From positions 1 to 37,049 of the IMG/VR virus record IMGVR_UViG_3300024262_000111: a stretch of 37,049 bases of DNA; one strand, given 5' to 3'. Of the stretch, positions 18,133 through 26,695 are shown in pieces (position 1 is the first letter of the stretch; every line of letters starts with the position of its first letter). The notes below the pieces were generated by a model. That model was not told the DNA's origin. It saw only the letters and a program-made list of their open reading frames with translations, and ran no database searches. The translations under genes and the position numbers were made by a program. The DNA comes from a virus (Duplodnaviria > Caudoviricetes).

Positions 18133-18366
18133 ACAACTCAATCATATATTTCAATCATAAAAAGTTGTGCATTTATCTGCATAGAATCTTATAGGCTCTT
18201 ATAACCACATATAGTGGCTTATAGAATATTTTTAGTTCTTTTTGCATTACCAAAAAATCTGTTAATATTAAGCGTGTAACGCTAGCGGTTTGATTTTGTT
18301 CAGCCAAATTCAACAAAACCGTTACACGTTCTAAGAGTTTTTAACATTTTTTTGGAGGACTCATAA

Positions 18367-19815
18367 ATGAGTTTACGCCGAGTTATCAATGAGTCGAACG
18401 GAGAGTCGATTCAAAACATGAGCCACATCAGTGGACTCATGAACAAATGGGGAAAGTTTCTTAAGGGTGTTGAGCATCCCCGTACCAAGCAAGTTATGGC
18501 TCAACTTTTTGAGAACCAAGCGAACCATCTTCTTGCAGAAGAGACAACCACAGACAACGCCGGAAGCTATTTGAAGTACACATTCCCTCTTCTTCGTAGG
18601 GTTTGGCCATCGTTAATTGCTAACGACGTAGTTTCGGTACAACCTATGACCGCTCCCGTCGGTGGTGTGTTTTATTTCGACTTGAAATACGGTACAACTA
18701 AAGGAAGAACCGTTGCTGGTGGAACTTTGATCAAAGATTTTGATCGTTGGTATTCTTCTGCAAAGATTGATCGTGAAGTTATTGGTTCGGGTGATGGCAC
18801 AGCTGTGTCTTTCACTTCCGTTCTTGATTTCGTTCCAGTGCGTCCTGCAACCGCAATCATCACTGCAATCATCGGCACCGTTGCTGTAACTGCAACTTCT
18901 GATGAAGCTGGTATTATTTCTGGTACTGGTCCAACAGGTCCAATCACTGGAACAATCGACGCTGTGACTGGTGCTATCACTGTTGTGTACACTGTTGGTG
19001 ATGAGCCTGATGCGGCTACTGAATTAGTTGCTGAGTATCGTTACAACATGGAAGGCAACTCTCAGATGCCTCAAGTTAACATCGACATCGAGTTACTTGA
19101 GATCAAAGCTGAGACTCGTAAGATCAAAGCACAATGGACTGCTGAAGCGGCTGATGACCTCAAGGCTCTTCACGGTATCGACGGAGAGTCTGAAATCGTT
19201 GCGGCTGTTGCTTCTAACATCGCTCTTGAGCTTGACCGTGAAATCGTTGAAGACCTTTACAAAGGCTCGACTGTTTATCCTGCAACGTTCAATATCTCAA
19301 CTCCACCAACTGCTACTCCTGAGATATTCCACATCAGAAACTTGATTACGTTCATGAGCCGTTGCTCGAACAGTATTCACCGTCAAACTCAACGTGGACC
19401 AGCTAACTGGGCAATCACATCTCCTGCAATTTCTGCTTACCTTGAGCAACTTGAAATGCACGGCGACTTCCGTCCAGTGTTTGCTGGTGCAGACGGCGAG
19501 AAGATTGAACAGCCACACGCTTACGGTACTTACAAGCTAGGTACTCTTAGCTCCAAGTGGATGCTCTTCAAGGACACGTTCTTCCCAGTGAACAACGAAG
19601 GTTCGGGTTCGGGCGTTGGCGATATCCTCATGGGTTATAAGGGTAACAGCTTCATCGACGCTGGTTACGTTTATGCACCTTATGTGCCGCTACAAATTAC
19701 GAGTACCTTTTTGAATCCTGACAATCTTAAGAACATAAAAGCATTTAGAACTCGTTATGCCACAAAAATGTTGCGTTCAGAGTTCTACCAAAGAGTAAGA
19801 GTTACAGGACTTTAA
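18367..19815 (+). CDS. T4 gp23-like major capsid protein
   Basis: LIANDVVSVQPMTAPVGGVFY, RKIKAQWTAEAADDLKALHG, YKG..FIDAGYVYAPYVPL and RTRYA. GGAGG SD, strong codon bias, LAE cleavage-type site near residue 58. Confidence 0.95.
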   Translation: MSLRRVINESNGESIQNMSHISGLMNKWGKFLKGVEHPRTKQVMAQLFENQANHLLAEETTTDNAGSYLKYTFPLLRRVWPSLIANDVVSVQPMTAPVGGVFYFDLKYGTTKGRTVAGGTLIKDFDRWYSSAKIDREVIGSGDGTAVSFTSVLDFVPVRPATAIITAIIGTVAVTATSDEAGIISGTGPTGPITGTIDAVTGAITVVYTVGDEPDAATELVAEYRYNMEGNSQMPQVNIDIELLEIKAETRKIKAQWTAEAADDLKALHGIDGESEIVAAVASNIALELDREIVEDLYKGSTVYPATFNISTPPTATPEIFHIRNLITFMSRCSNSIHRQTQRGPANWAITSPAISAYLEQLEMHGDFRPVFAGADGEKIEQPHAYGTYKLGTLSSKWMLFKDTFFPVNNEGSGSGVGDILMGYKGNSFIDAGYVYAPYVPLQITSTFLNPDNLKNIKAFRTRYATKMLRSEFYQRVRVTGL

Positions 19816-19899
19816 GTCCAACTTAGTACCACTTAATTTGTATCCTTAGGATATTTAAAATAGAGGCGGTACTGAAATGCTTTTCATGGTATCAAAATT

Positions 19900-19927
19900 G
19901 CGTGGTATAAAGTACCACGCTTTTTTA
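19900..19927 (+). terminator. intrinsic terminator of the capsid gene
   Basis: GCGTGGTA-TAAAG-TACCACGC followed by T7. Confidence 0.8.
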
Positions 19928-20093
19928 TATTCTGGAGTATTTCAACATGGATTACGATTTTCAAAGAGTATCTTTTACCGCCGAACACAAGGCATAAAGT
20001 TTTCCCGCTAGGGAATATTTTGTCAAAAAACCCATATTTCACATGGAATTTTCCCGTTCGGGAATGTTGAAATCATTCTCTGAGAATTCACAC

Positions 20094-20121
20094 AAAAAAA
20101 CCCAAGGCCAATTTCTTGGGT
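20094..20121 (-). terminator. minus-strand intrinsic terminator
   Basis: A7 then ACCCAAG...CTTGGGT on the plus strand. Confidence 0.6.
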
Positions 20122-20152
20122 GACTTCGGGAACAGCGATTCAAAATTACCAC

Positions 20153-20183
20153 AAAAAAACCTCACTGGTTAAATCAGTGAGGT
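20153..20183 (-). terminator. minus-strand intrinsic terminator
   Basis: A7 then ACCTCACTG...CAGTGAGGT on the plus strand. Confidence 0.7.
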
Positions 20184-20264
20184 ACCTAGCTGTTAGTCCA
20201 TTCACTTCTGGATATGAATGGGTAATGGAGGTCAAATGCCAACTGCGTGCGTCGGATTGACTTA
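20153..20264 (-). ncRNA. candidate small RNA of about 110 nt
   Basis: Minus-strand TTGACT(20299-20294)-17bp-TAGACT(20276-20271), internal hairpin CCATTCA/TGAATGG, ending at the terminator. No minus-strand gene recognised here. Confidence 0.45.
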
Positions 20265-20447
20265 TCCAAAAGTCTATCTGACTAAAAGTGTGCAGTCAAT
20301 GGCACAAAAATCTTAACAAAAACTGTACAGCCTGAACAATTTTTAGACTTCAGCAAACCTTTCTTGCTTTTCACTTTCTTTGCACTTATTGTGTGCCGTA
20401 TGGAAGCCTGATGTGGAAGCCGAACGTTAACAGAATTGAGGTGTAAG

Positions 20448-20627
20448 TTGCCAAAAAATAATGTGTTTGTGTTTTATCAGGGTGTGAGGTTCTTGGGGTT
20501 CGCTCCAACAAAAGTGATTGCTGAGAAGATGGGCAAGAGCTTGAGTGAGGATGGCTCTGAGATCCGTTGTGAGAAGAACGATGTGATCATTGGATATTTC
20601 AGAAATGGGAAGTTTTTCAAGGTTTGA
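20448..20627 (+). CDS. small hypothetical protein
   Basis: GAGGTG SD before TTG20448. Confidence 0.55.
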   Translation: MPKNNVFVFYQGVRFLGFAPTKVIAEKMGKSLSEDGSEIRCEKNDVIIGYFRNGKFFKV

Positions 20628-20634
20628 GGTGGGT

Positions 20635-20811
20635 GTGGCTAAAAGAGGTGTGAAGGTTTCTTTGCGTAAGTCGGGTAACACGGTGGTGTTCACGATCCCG
20701 AAGATGCTTCGAGACTTGCTTGGCTGGGAACTTGGAGACGGAGTTGTGCTTCAGGTGTCGAATGGAGCTTTGGTTGTGAGAAAGGTGGAGAGTGATGAAA
20801 CCGTCGTGTGA
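20635..20811 (+). CDS. AbrB/MazE/SpoVT family DNA-binding protein
   Basis: LRKSGNTVVFTIPKMLRDLLGWELGDGVVLQVSNGALVVRK. Start is approximate. Confidence 0.85.
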   Translation: MAKRGVKVSLRKSGNTVVFTIPKMLRDLLGWELGDGVVLQVSNGALVVRKVESDETVV

Positions 20812-20812
20812 T

Positions 20813-21076
20813 ATGAAAAACGAATTGGACAAGCTGTTTGAATATTTTGGAGACAAGCCAGTTGGGGAAGTGGCAACGATTCTAATGTGCGCCGTGTTGC
20901 ACATGACTTCATCTTTTTCTGATGAAGATGACAGGCTCATCAATCTTCAGGTGTTGTCAGAGGCGATGAGCAACACCTTGGCAAACAAGGTTGGATTTCA
21001 AATGAGTTGTTTTCTTGGTTCAGAGCCAATTGTGAACGGTGAAGGCTTCAACAAGAACAATGTTACTTTGCAATAA
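20813..21076 (+). CDS. hypothetical protein
   Basis: Packed ORF in an operon-like run. Confidence 0.5.
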   Translation: MKNELDKLFEYFGDKPVGEVATILMCAVLHMTSSFSDEDDRLINLQVLSEAMSNTLANKVGFQMSCFLGSEPIVNGEGFNKNNVTLQ

Positions 21077-21087
21077 GGTTATCAACA

Positions 21088-21324
21088 ATGGGTATAAACA
21101 CTGTTAAAGTGCATGATTATTTAGATTCGACGATCCATGATTTAGCCACACTTCATTGGGATGGTTTGGAAGTCATGAGTTTTTTTATGGGTGGTTTTCT
21201 TTTGTGTGTTGATGAGAAATACGGCACAGAAGCTAAAGAAAAAATTGTGCAATTCATTACCAAAACACTTGAACAAAAGATTGAGAGTGATTCAAAAGAG
21301 AAGATGGGAGCAAGTCAGATATGA
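21088..21324 (+). CDS. hypothetical protein
   Basis: Packed ORF. Confidence 0.5.
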   Translation: MGINTVKVHDYLDSTIHDLATLHWDGLEVMSFFMGGFLLCVDEKYGTEAKEKIVQFITKTLEQKIESDSKEKMGASQI

Positions 21325-21557
21325 ATGAGATTTTGTATATTGCAACGTCGATAGCACAGCTGTGCATTGTCACGCAAAACCCGATTCATTGCACAAATCA
21401 CATGAGTTTGTGTTTGCCGAGACAGGCTGAACTTTATCCTGATTATCAAGTCGATGGATGGCTGGAGAATTGCATCGAAGGATACAACGAAGATGAAGCT
21501 CCAAAGATGATGTTGAGATTGGATTTGATGAGGATTGGCAATGACAACATCAATTGA
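21321..21557 (+). CDS. hypothetical protein
   Basis: ATGA overlap; Cys-containing. Confidence 0.5.
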   Translation: MNEILYIATSIAQLCIVTQNPIHCTNHMSLCLPRQAELYPDYQVDGWLENCIEGYNEDEAPKMMLRLDLMRIGNDNIN

Positions 21558-21631
21558 GCACACAAACCCACTCTGTACCATTAGATTGCAGTGGTGAAGA
21601 AATTATTAGTGATGATTGAAAGGATGTTTAG

Positions 21632-22240
21632 ATGAAATACGATGATTTTATGATTCTCAGTGATTTGGAAAAGGTTTCGTTAACAGGTGAACAGATAGAA
21701 GATATCATCAGATATGAAGCGTGTGCGAATGGATTTATGGGCTTGCAAGAGCCACATCCATATCAAAAGTTAGATTTGGATGAAAAGTTCTACAAGTGCT
21801 TTCATTTGCACAGCAAGAATGAAGCTTTGATTGAAACTTTTTGTCAGTTTTTGAGGGATAATAAAGATGAGTTGTATGAAACAAGCTACATGAATTACCG
21901 TATAGTTTTGCAACCTCTTTCAGATTATCAAAGGAAAGTTGCTGCTGAATACAGCATAACTGAAGAAAATTACCATAGATATGAAGACGAATTGAAGATT
22001 CATAATCGTACTGAAAAGATATATAAAACAGAATTAGAAAACTACAATTTAGATCAGAAGATTTGGGATACAGAAAAAGAACCTATCATTACCGAAATTA
22101 TTGCAGCTCAAGACAGAATTCGCAAAAGAATATCTCTGAAAAAATCATGGGAAATGTATCTCGAAACAGCCAAGGGTGATGAAGAGATTGCAAGAGCGTT
22201 TTGGCAGAAAGCTTACGGTGAGGTGGAGATACCTGTATGA
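21632..22240 (+). CDS. hypothetical helical protein
   Basis: AAGGA SD; 202 aa. Confidence 0.6.
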   Translation: MKYDDFMILSDLEKVSLTGEQIEDIIRYEACANGFMGLQEPHPYQKLDLDEKFYKCFHLHSKNEALIETFCQFLRDNKDELYETSYMNYRIVLQPLSDYQRKVAAEYSITEENYHRYEDELKIHNRTEKIYKTELENYNLDQKIWDTEKEPIITEIIAAQDRIRKRISLKKSWEMYLETAKGDEEIARAFWQKAYGEVEIPV

Positions 22241-22626
22241 GTTCAAACCATAAATATGAACAATGGGTATTTGATAACGGATTCAATGATCCTAATGTTT
22301 CTTTGCGAATGTGTGTAGAAGTCTGCAACATCATGGTTGAGTGCTTTCCTGAGTTGTCTTTGAAAAGAGGCGTCGTGTATTCAGAAGTGAATGCTGACAA
22401 TTTGTCTGACACTTACTTTCAGGAGTATCCACACACATGGTGCGTGACTCCTGAAGGTGAAATAATCGATCCAACAAAGTCTCAATTCCATCTTTTAGGT
22501 GAGTTGGTTTATCGAGAGATGAATGAAACCGATATCAGAAAATGCATGGGGTGTGGAACTTTTTATTCAGAGAGTTCTAGTAGGGTTTCCGGTCACTGTG
22601 GCAAGTGCAAGTGGAGTGATTTATGA
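22237..22626 (+). CDS. possible transglutaminase/papain-like fold protein with C-terminal Zn finger
   Basis: Cys (MCVEVC), HTW and IIDPT spaced like a C-H-D triad; CMGC...CGKC tail. Confidence 0.45.
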   Translation: MSSNHKYEQWVFDNGFNDPNVSLRMCVEVCNIMVECFPELSLKRGVVYSEVNADNLSDTYFQEYPHTWCVTPEGEIIDPTKSQFHLLGELVYREMNETDIRKCMGCGTFYSESSSRVSGHCGKCKWSDL

Positions 22627-23216
22627 GCGAAAAGACTGTACCAGCGAGACCAAGTTACATACCTGAACACGAGCCTGACCACCTAGAATTTGAACATGCT
22701 GGCTTCAAATGTGAATTGAATCGAAATAGTTTTTTTGCGTGGTGCGGCTATGTTATCTTGCCCAATAATCATCCATACTATGGACTAGATACATCCGACG
22801 AAAATATTTCTAGTTTAGATGTGCATGGCGGGATTACCTTTGCGGCGGAATTGAAAGACAAAAACGGATATGTACTTGGTTTCGATTGTGCCCACTGCGA
22901 TGATCGAGTGTATTATGGGATGGAAATAGAACCATGCGGGGATTTTCAAACGTATCGCACGTTAAAGTATGCAAAAGCGGAGACTGAAAAACTAGCCACA
23001 CAGTTAAGCAATGTACAAGAAGCCATGACAACCGAGAGAGTTATAACAACGTCGATAGTGTTAATGGACTATGTTGATAAAGATGGGTTGTTGGATTTTC
23101 AAGCCGTAGTGAGAGATTATCCATTTTCTCATAACCATATCGAATACAGAATTGAAAAAGGCATTCCAACATATATTCTAACATTGAAATACAAACCTTT
23201 TTGTTGTGAGCTTTGA
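22623..23216 (+). CDS. conserved phage protein
   Basis: WCGYV..HP, VHGGITF and GFDCAH.DD motif set. Confidence 0.7.
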   Translation: MSEKTVPARPSYIPEHEPDHLEFEHAGFKCELNRNSFFAWCGYVILPNNHPYYGLDTSDENISSLDVHGGITFAAELKDKNGYVLGFDCAHCDDRVYYGMEIEPCGDFQTYRTLKYAKAETEKLATQLSNVQEAMTTERVITTSIVLMDYVDKDGLLDFQAVVRDYPFSHNHIEYRIEKGIPTYILTLKYKPFCCEL

Positions 23217-23239
23217 GGTTGAGATACCTGTCAATTGCT

Positions 23240-23581
23240 TCAAAGCTTGTTGTAGCCAGCTTGGGTCATCATCTCTTGCAGACAAATTGTTTTGTTATCA
23301 GAGGAGTTGAACCACACTTTGGCAAGCCAACGTCCGAAAGAATCTCGTTCCACGGTTTCGAGCACAACATCTTTCGGAAGGGTTTCACACAAGAACCGTT
23401 TAGCTTTGAATCCTCGTGATTTCTCTTCCAGATCCGTGGTTCTCGTTTCTGGAGTGTCGAGGGCAAGCACTCTGATTCTTCTTTTAACCCAGATGTCGTG
23501 GCCAAGGTCGATGAAAGCATCGAATGTGTCGCCGTCGATGATTCGTAGAACTGTTGCTCGATACCGATAAGCTGGTTCCAT
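23240..23581 (-). CDS. thermonuclease (SNase-like) family protein
   Basis: VLRIIDGDTF, RIRVLALDTPE, DSFGRWLA. Confidence 0.9.
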   Translation of the reverse strand: MEPAYRYRATVLRIIDGDTFDAFIDLGHDIWVKRRIRVLALDTPETRTTDLEEKSRGFKAKRFLCETLPKDVVLETVERDSFGRWLAKVWFNSSDNKTICLQEMMTQAGYNKL

Positions 23582-23645
23582 ATGATGATCCTCAAATGCT
23601 ACAATGGAGATAACACAAGTTTAAACTTTGAGAGGTGGAATTAAA

Positions 23646-23870
23646 ATGGTCGTGAACATAAACAGGGAGTTTCTTGAAACTATCCTGAAAAAGCACGGAA
23701 AGAAAAAAGAAGATTGGATGCAAGGTGAAATTGAGATGAAAGAACTTTTGTCTTTTGTCGGAGAGCTAAAGCTTTCAGAAGAAGAAATTGCCAATCTTCT
23801 CAATCGTCCAATTACGAGAGTGCATATGTATTTCGGTGAAGATGACAATCAGAGGCTTGGAAGACCATAG
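23646..23870 (+). CDS. hypothetical protein
   Basis: GAGGTGG SD; TGCTACAAT extended -10 near 23597. Confidence 0.55.
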   Translation: MVVNINREFLETILKKHGKKKEDWMQGEIEMKELLSFVGELKLSEEEIANLLNRPITRVHMYFGEDDNQRLGRP

Positions 23871-23879
23871 GGGTGACGT

Positions 23880-24275
23880 ATGCAATGCCTGAATGTTGTG
23901 TTGTTTGAAGGAATAGTGGACTGCTTATATCGAAAGCAATATCCAAAAGATATCATGAATAGCATTGAGGGTTTCAAAAACAGGCATGGTTCCTTGAATG
24001 ATTATGAATCGAGTTGTACTGATTTCATGGAGGTAGTCTTCTCGTTGTTGCCTTGGTTTGGGAAGCACACAGATAGAGCTGAATTCATGAAGCCAGCAAC
24101 CAGTCTTCAAACGATTGTGTCTCAGGCATTCAGGTGTCGAAACATATCTAATTCACACGTTATTGTTGCATTGCATATCTTGGGATTCGACGTGATTTTT
24201 CATGAGTGTTCTTTCCTGGCTAATTTTCAGTTTACAAAAGCGGGTGAGAGAGTCTTAAAGAAATTAAGGAAGTGA
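23880..24275 (+). CDS. hypothetical protein
   Basis: 131-aa ORF with GGGGTG SD. Confidence 0.55.
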   Translation: MQCLNVVLFEGIVDCLYRKQYPKDIMNSIEGFKNRHGSLNDYESSCTDFMEVVFSLLPWFGKHTDRAEFMKPATSLQTIVSQAFRCRNISNSHVIVALHILGFDVIFHECSFLANFQFTKAGERVLKKLRK

Positions 24276-24282
24276 GGTTTTT

Positions 24283-24480
24283 ATGGATTGTATTCAGCTG
24301 ATAGGCCAGCTTCAAGATTTGATGAAACTTGTAGGCAATAAAAAAGTGACCATGAATGGTGTGCGGGTTGAGAAAATTGTATACCTTGTAAAAGAAAACA
24401 GGATAGATCTTTTACCAGGAGACGTTGATGAGCAAAGCATACAGGTTGATATACGCCGATCCACCTTGGAAGTATTCTGA
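24283..24480 (+). CDS. small hypothetical protein
   Basis: GAGG SD; overlaps the start of the MTase. Confidence 0.5.
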   Translation: MDCIQLIGQLQDLMKLVGNKKVTMNGVRVEKIVYLVKENRIDLLPGDVDEQSIQVDIRRSTLEVF

Positions 24481-24970
24481 TAAGTCGATGCATCGAGGTG
24501 GAGCGCAAAGGCATTACTCCACACTTTCTTTATCTGATCTCAAAAAATTTGAATTGCCAGCTGATGAGAACTCTGTGCTTCTGATGTGGGTGACGTTCCC
24601 CATGCTCCAAGAGGCGTTCGAGGTGATGAAGGCTTGGGGGTTTAAATATAAGACTGTTGCTTGGGTGTGGGTGAAGGGCAAAGAGGGCGGCAAGCTCTCG
24701 ATGGGTATGGGTCATTACACTCGCTCCAACGCCGAGATGTGTCTCTTAGGGGTGAAGGGCAAAGGGGTTCCAAGGCAGTGTGCTTCGATTCTCAATGTGC
24801 AGACGGCTCCAAGGGAACAACATTCAAAAAAACCGGATAAGTTCTACGAGCTGATTGAAACGTTGTTTGGTGATGTGAGCCGGATTGAACTCTTCGCAAG
24901 ACAAAGAAGAGAAGGCTGGGATGCGCATGGTCTTGAAGTTGAAAATGGTGTGTCTTTGGGTGTTGCTTGA
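24428..24970 (+). CDS. MT-A70 family adenine methyltransferase
   Basis: IYADPPW, LLMWVT, AWGFKYKT..WVK, GMGHYTRSNAE, HSKKP, RIELFAR. Confidence 0.92.
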   Translation: MSKAYRLIYADPPWKYSDKSMHRGGAQRHYSTLSLSDLKKFELPADENSVLLMWVTFPMLQEAFEVMKAWGFKYKTVAWVWVKGKEGGKLSMGMGHYTRSNAEMCLLGVKGKGVPRQCASILNVQTAPREQHSKKPDKFYELIETLFGDVSRIELFARQRREGWDAHGLEVENGVSLGVA

Positions 24971-24982
24971 TGGGTACTTGAT

Positions 24983-25327
24983 TTACTTAGGTCTGCAATG
25001 GATCTTTTCAGTGCCATCCAAGTCCAATGGAATGACTTTTGAGCCAACGATTGGCAAGCGATGGATGATAACTCGATCATTGTAGAAAGTGATCTCAGTG
25101 ATTGGGAAATTTATTGTGGTGTATCTCATGCCATAAAGGTTCAAGAAAATTCCACCGTCTGGTTGCATCTCCATCTTGGAAATTCCAAACCGTTCTGCGA
25201 GTTCAAATCTCTCTTTACCGATTGTGCATTCAGAAACGGCGAGTGCTCTCTCTTTACCGATTGTGCATTCAGAAACGGCGAGAGCTGAAGTGGAAAGAAG
25301 AGCGAGGGAAGCTAGCAAAAATTTCAT
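24983..25327 (-). CDS. small secreted protein
   Basis: Signal peptide MKFLLASLALLSTSALA; ALAVSECTIGKER duplicated. Confidence 0.6.
   Translation of the reverse strand: MKFLLASLALLSTSALAVSECTIGKERALAVSECTIGKERFELAERFGISKMEMQPDGGIFLNLYGMRYTTINFPITEITFYNDRVIIHRLPIVGSKVIPLDLDGTEKIHCRPK
25208..25282. repeat. 39-bp-period tandem duplication
   Basis: TCTCTCTTTACCGATTGTGCATTCAGAAACGGCGAG at 25208 and 25247. Confidence 0.95.
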
Positions 25328-25348
25328 TGGCAGGTCTCCTTTGGATCG

Positions 25349-25897
25349 TTAAGGATATGGCCAAGCTTTCAAAGGTCTCGTAGGGTCGAGCAAATCCCAT
25401 CGTCGGTAAAATGGAGCTTGCCGTGTGGTCAGAGGTCCAGAGGCTTGGCCTGAAAACATCTCGAAGTGTAGCATGGAAGATGACATTCCTTCTAAGTCTC
25501 CGACTCGTGCAATGAGTTGGCCTCTTGAAACTTTGGAACCAATTTTCAATCCTTTTGCAATTTTTGCATCAACTTCGCCGTACCGGATAACGTAGTCAGG
25601 ATGTTTAATAACGAGGGCGTAGGTGCCAGCGTAGAAGTAATGATAATCAACTATCGTTCCACTTGCGATTGCGAAGATGGGGTGCCCAATGTTGTGAATG
25701 AGGTCACTACCAGCGTGTTTGCGAGTGCAATTGTCTCGACAAGCTCCAAAGGCTCTTCCGCCTGTGGCGTAGTCATAAAGTGCAGGTCCGTCGAACGGGA
25801 ATGTGTATCTAGTGTTTGAGGCTTCGAGGTTGGACTGATCTTCAAAGTCACCACAAGCGGTGAACAACGTGAAAAAACAAAGCATGGTCTTTCTCAT
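25349..25897 (-). CDS. M23 family peptidoglycan peptidase with lipoprotein-like signal
   Basis: HAGSDL (HxxxD), IFAIASG, KVSRGQLIARVG, MLHFE, DP. N-terminal MRKTMLCFFTLFTAC. Confidence 0.85.
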   Translation of the reverse strand: MRKTMLCFFTLFTACGDFEDQSNLEASNTRYTFPFDGPALYDYATGGRAFGACRDNCTRKHAGSDLIHNIGHPIFAIASGTIVDYHYFYAGTYALVIKHPDYVIRYGEVDAKIAKGLKIGSKVSRGQLIARVGDLEGMSSSMLHFEMFSGQASGPLTTRQAPFYRRWDLLDPTRPLKAWPYP

Positions 25898-25917
25898 AAA
25901 TTTTTCTCCTTGTGGTT

Positions 25918-26118
25918 TTATTTTATCACAGTGAGAGTTTTGCTAGTCGGTTTGCGATATTGACGCATAGCGTCTTCGAGTTCTTGGATGGTGGAAAAAT
26001 CTTTGTTGATGATTTTCGCTCTGATACGGCTAAAGTTCATTTCACAGATGTTGTATCTTTTCACGAGGTCATGGGCATGTGCTAAAATCTCTTTGTTGGT
26101 TGGGTTTTCCTTGACCAT
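25918..26118 (-). CDS. small hypothetical protein
   Basis: 66-aa ORF in a minus-strand run. Confidence 0.5.
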   Translation of the reverse strand: MVKENPTNKEILAHAHDLVKRYNICEMNFSRIRAKIINKDFSTIQELEDAMRQYRKPTSKTLTVIK

Positions 26119-26178
26119 ACGCTTGAGACTGACTCCTATAGGGTGTGCAGTTGGGTTGCACAGTTATTGCCAGCTTCT

Positions 26179-26538
26179 TCAGGCTGGCTTTTTTTCTTTT
26201 TGGGGTTCTCTCACTTCTTGGAGTTCTTGATAAAACTTTTGGCTCACTTTGAATTGGATGTTGCGCTTTGATGGAATGATCACAGGTTGACCAGTGAGTG
26301 GGTTTCTTCCGTGTTTGGGTTTGCGAATCACAGGGGTAAAGATGCCTAGATTTTTAATTTTAAGAGTCATTTGATTCATAAATGTATCAATGAAATACTG
26401 GACAAAGTTTTCATAAAGTTCTTTGGTTTGTCTTTTATTGTGAACCAACTCTGCTTTTCTGAATCTCTCGTGTAGTTCATCAACAATTCTTTTTGTGTTT
26501 ATCACGTTTTCATCTTCGGTTTTGATTTCGTTTTCCAT
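26179..26538 (-). CDS. HU/IHF family DNA-bending protein
   Basis: LKIKNLGIF...RKPKHGRNPLTGQPVIIPSKRNIQFKVS arm motif. Confidence 0.88.
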   Translation of the reverse strand: MENEIKTEDENVINTKRIVDELHERFRKAELVHNKRQTKELYENFVQYFIDTFMNQMTLKIKNLGIFTPVIRKPKHGRNPLTGQPVIIPSKRNIQFKVSQKFYQELQEVREPQKEKKPA

Positions 26539-26695
26539 TCCTTGACTCCACATATACCGCTTCATATTTTTTTGACACACACATATAGCGTTCGGCTAAA
26601 ATTTACGGTACAACAAATGATGTAAAACTTCTACAGCGTATAACAGAAACGAACACCGTTGGTATTGATCAACCATTTTCCCAGGGAGACCTTTT

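Noticed and set aside
19816-20430. tRNA genes in the long intergenic region
   Set aside because: No cloverleaf with a T-loop GTTCRA and acceptor stem was found by eye; tRNAscan-SE or ARAGORN would settle it.
20635-21076. MazEF-type toxin-antitoxin pair
   Set aside because: An AbrB-type gene is present, but neither neighbour shows PemK, PIN or RelE motifs.
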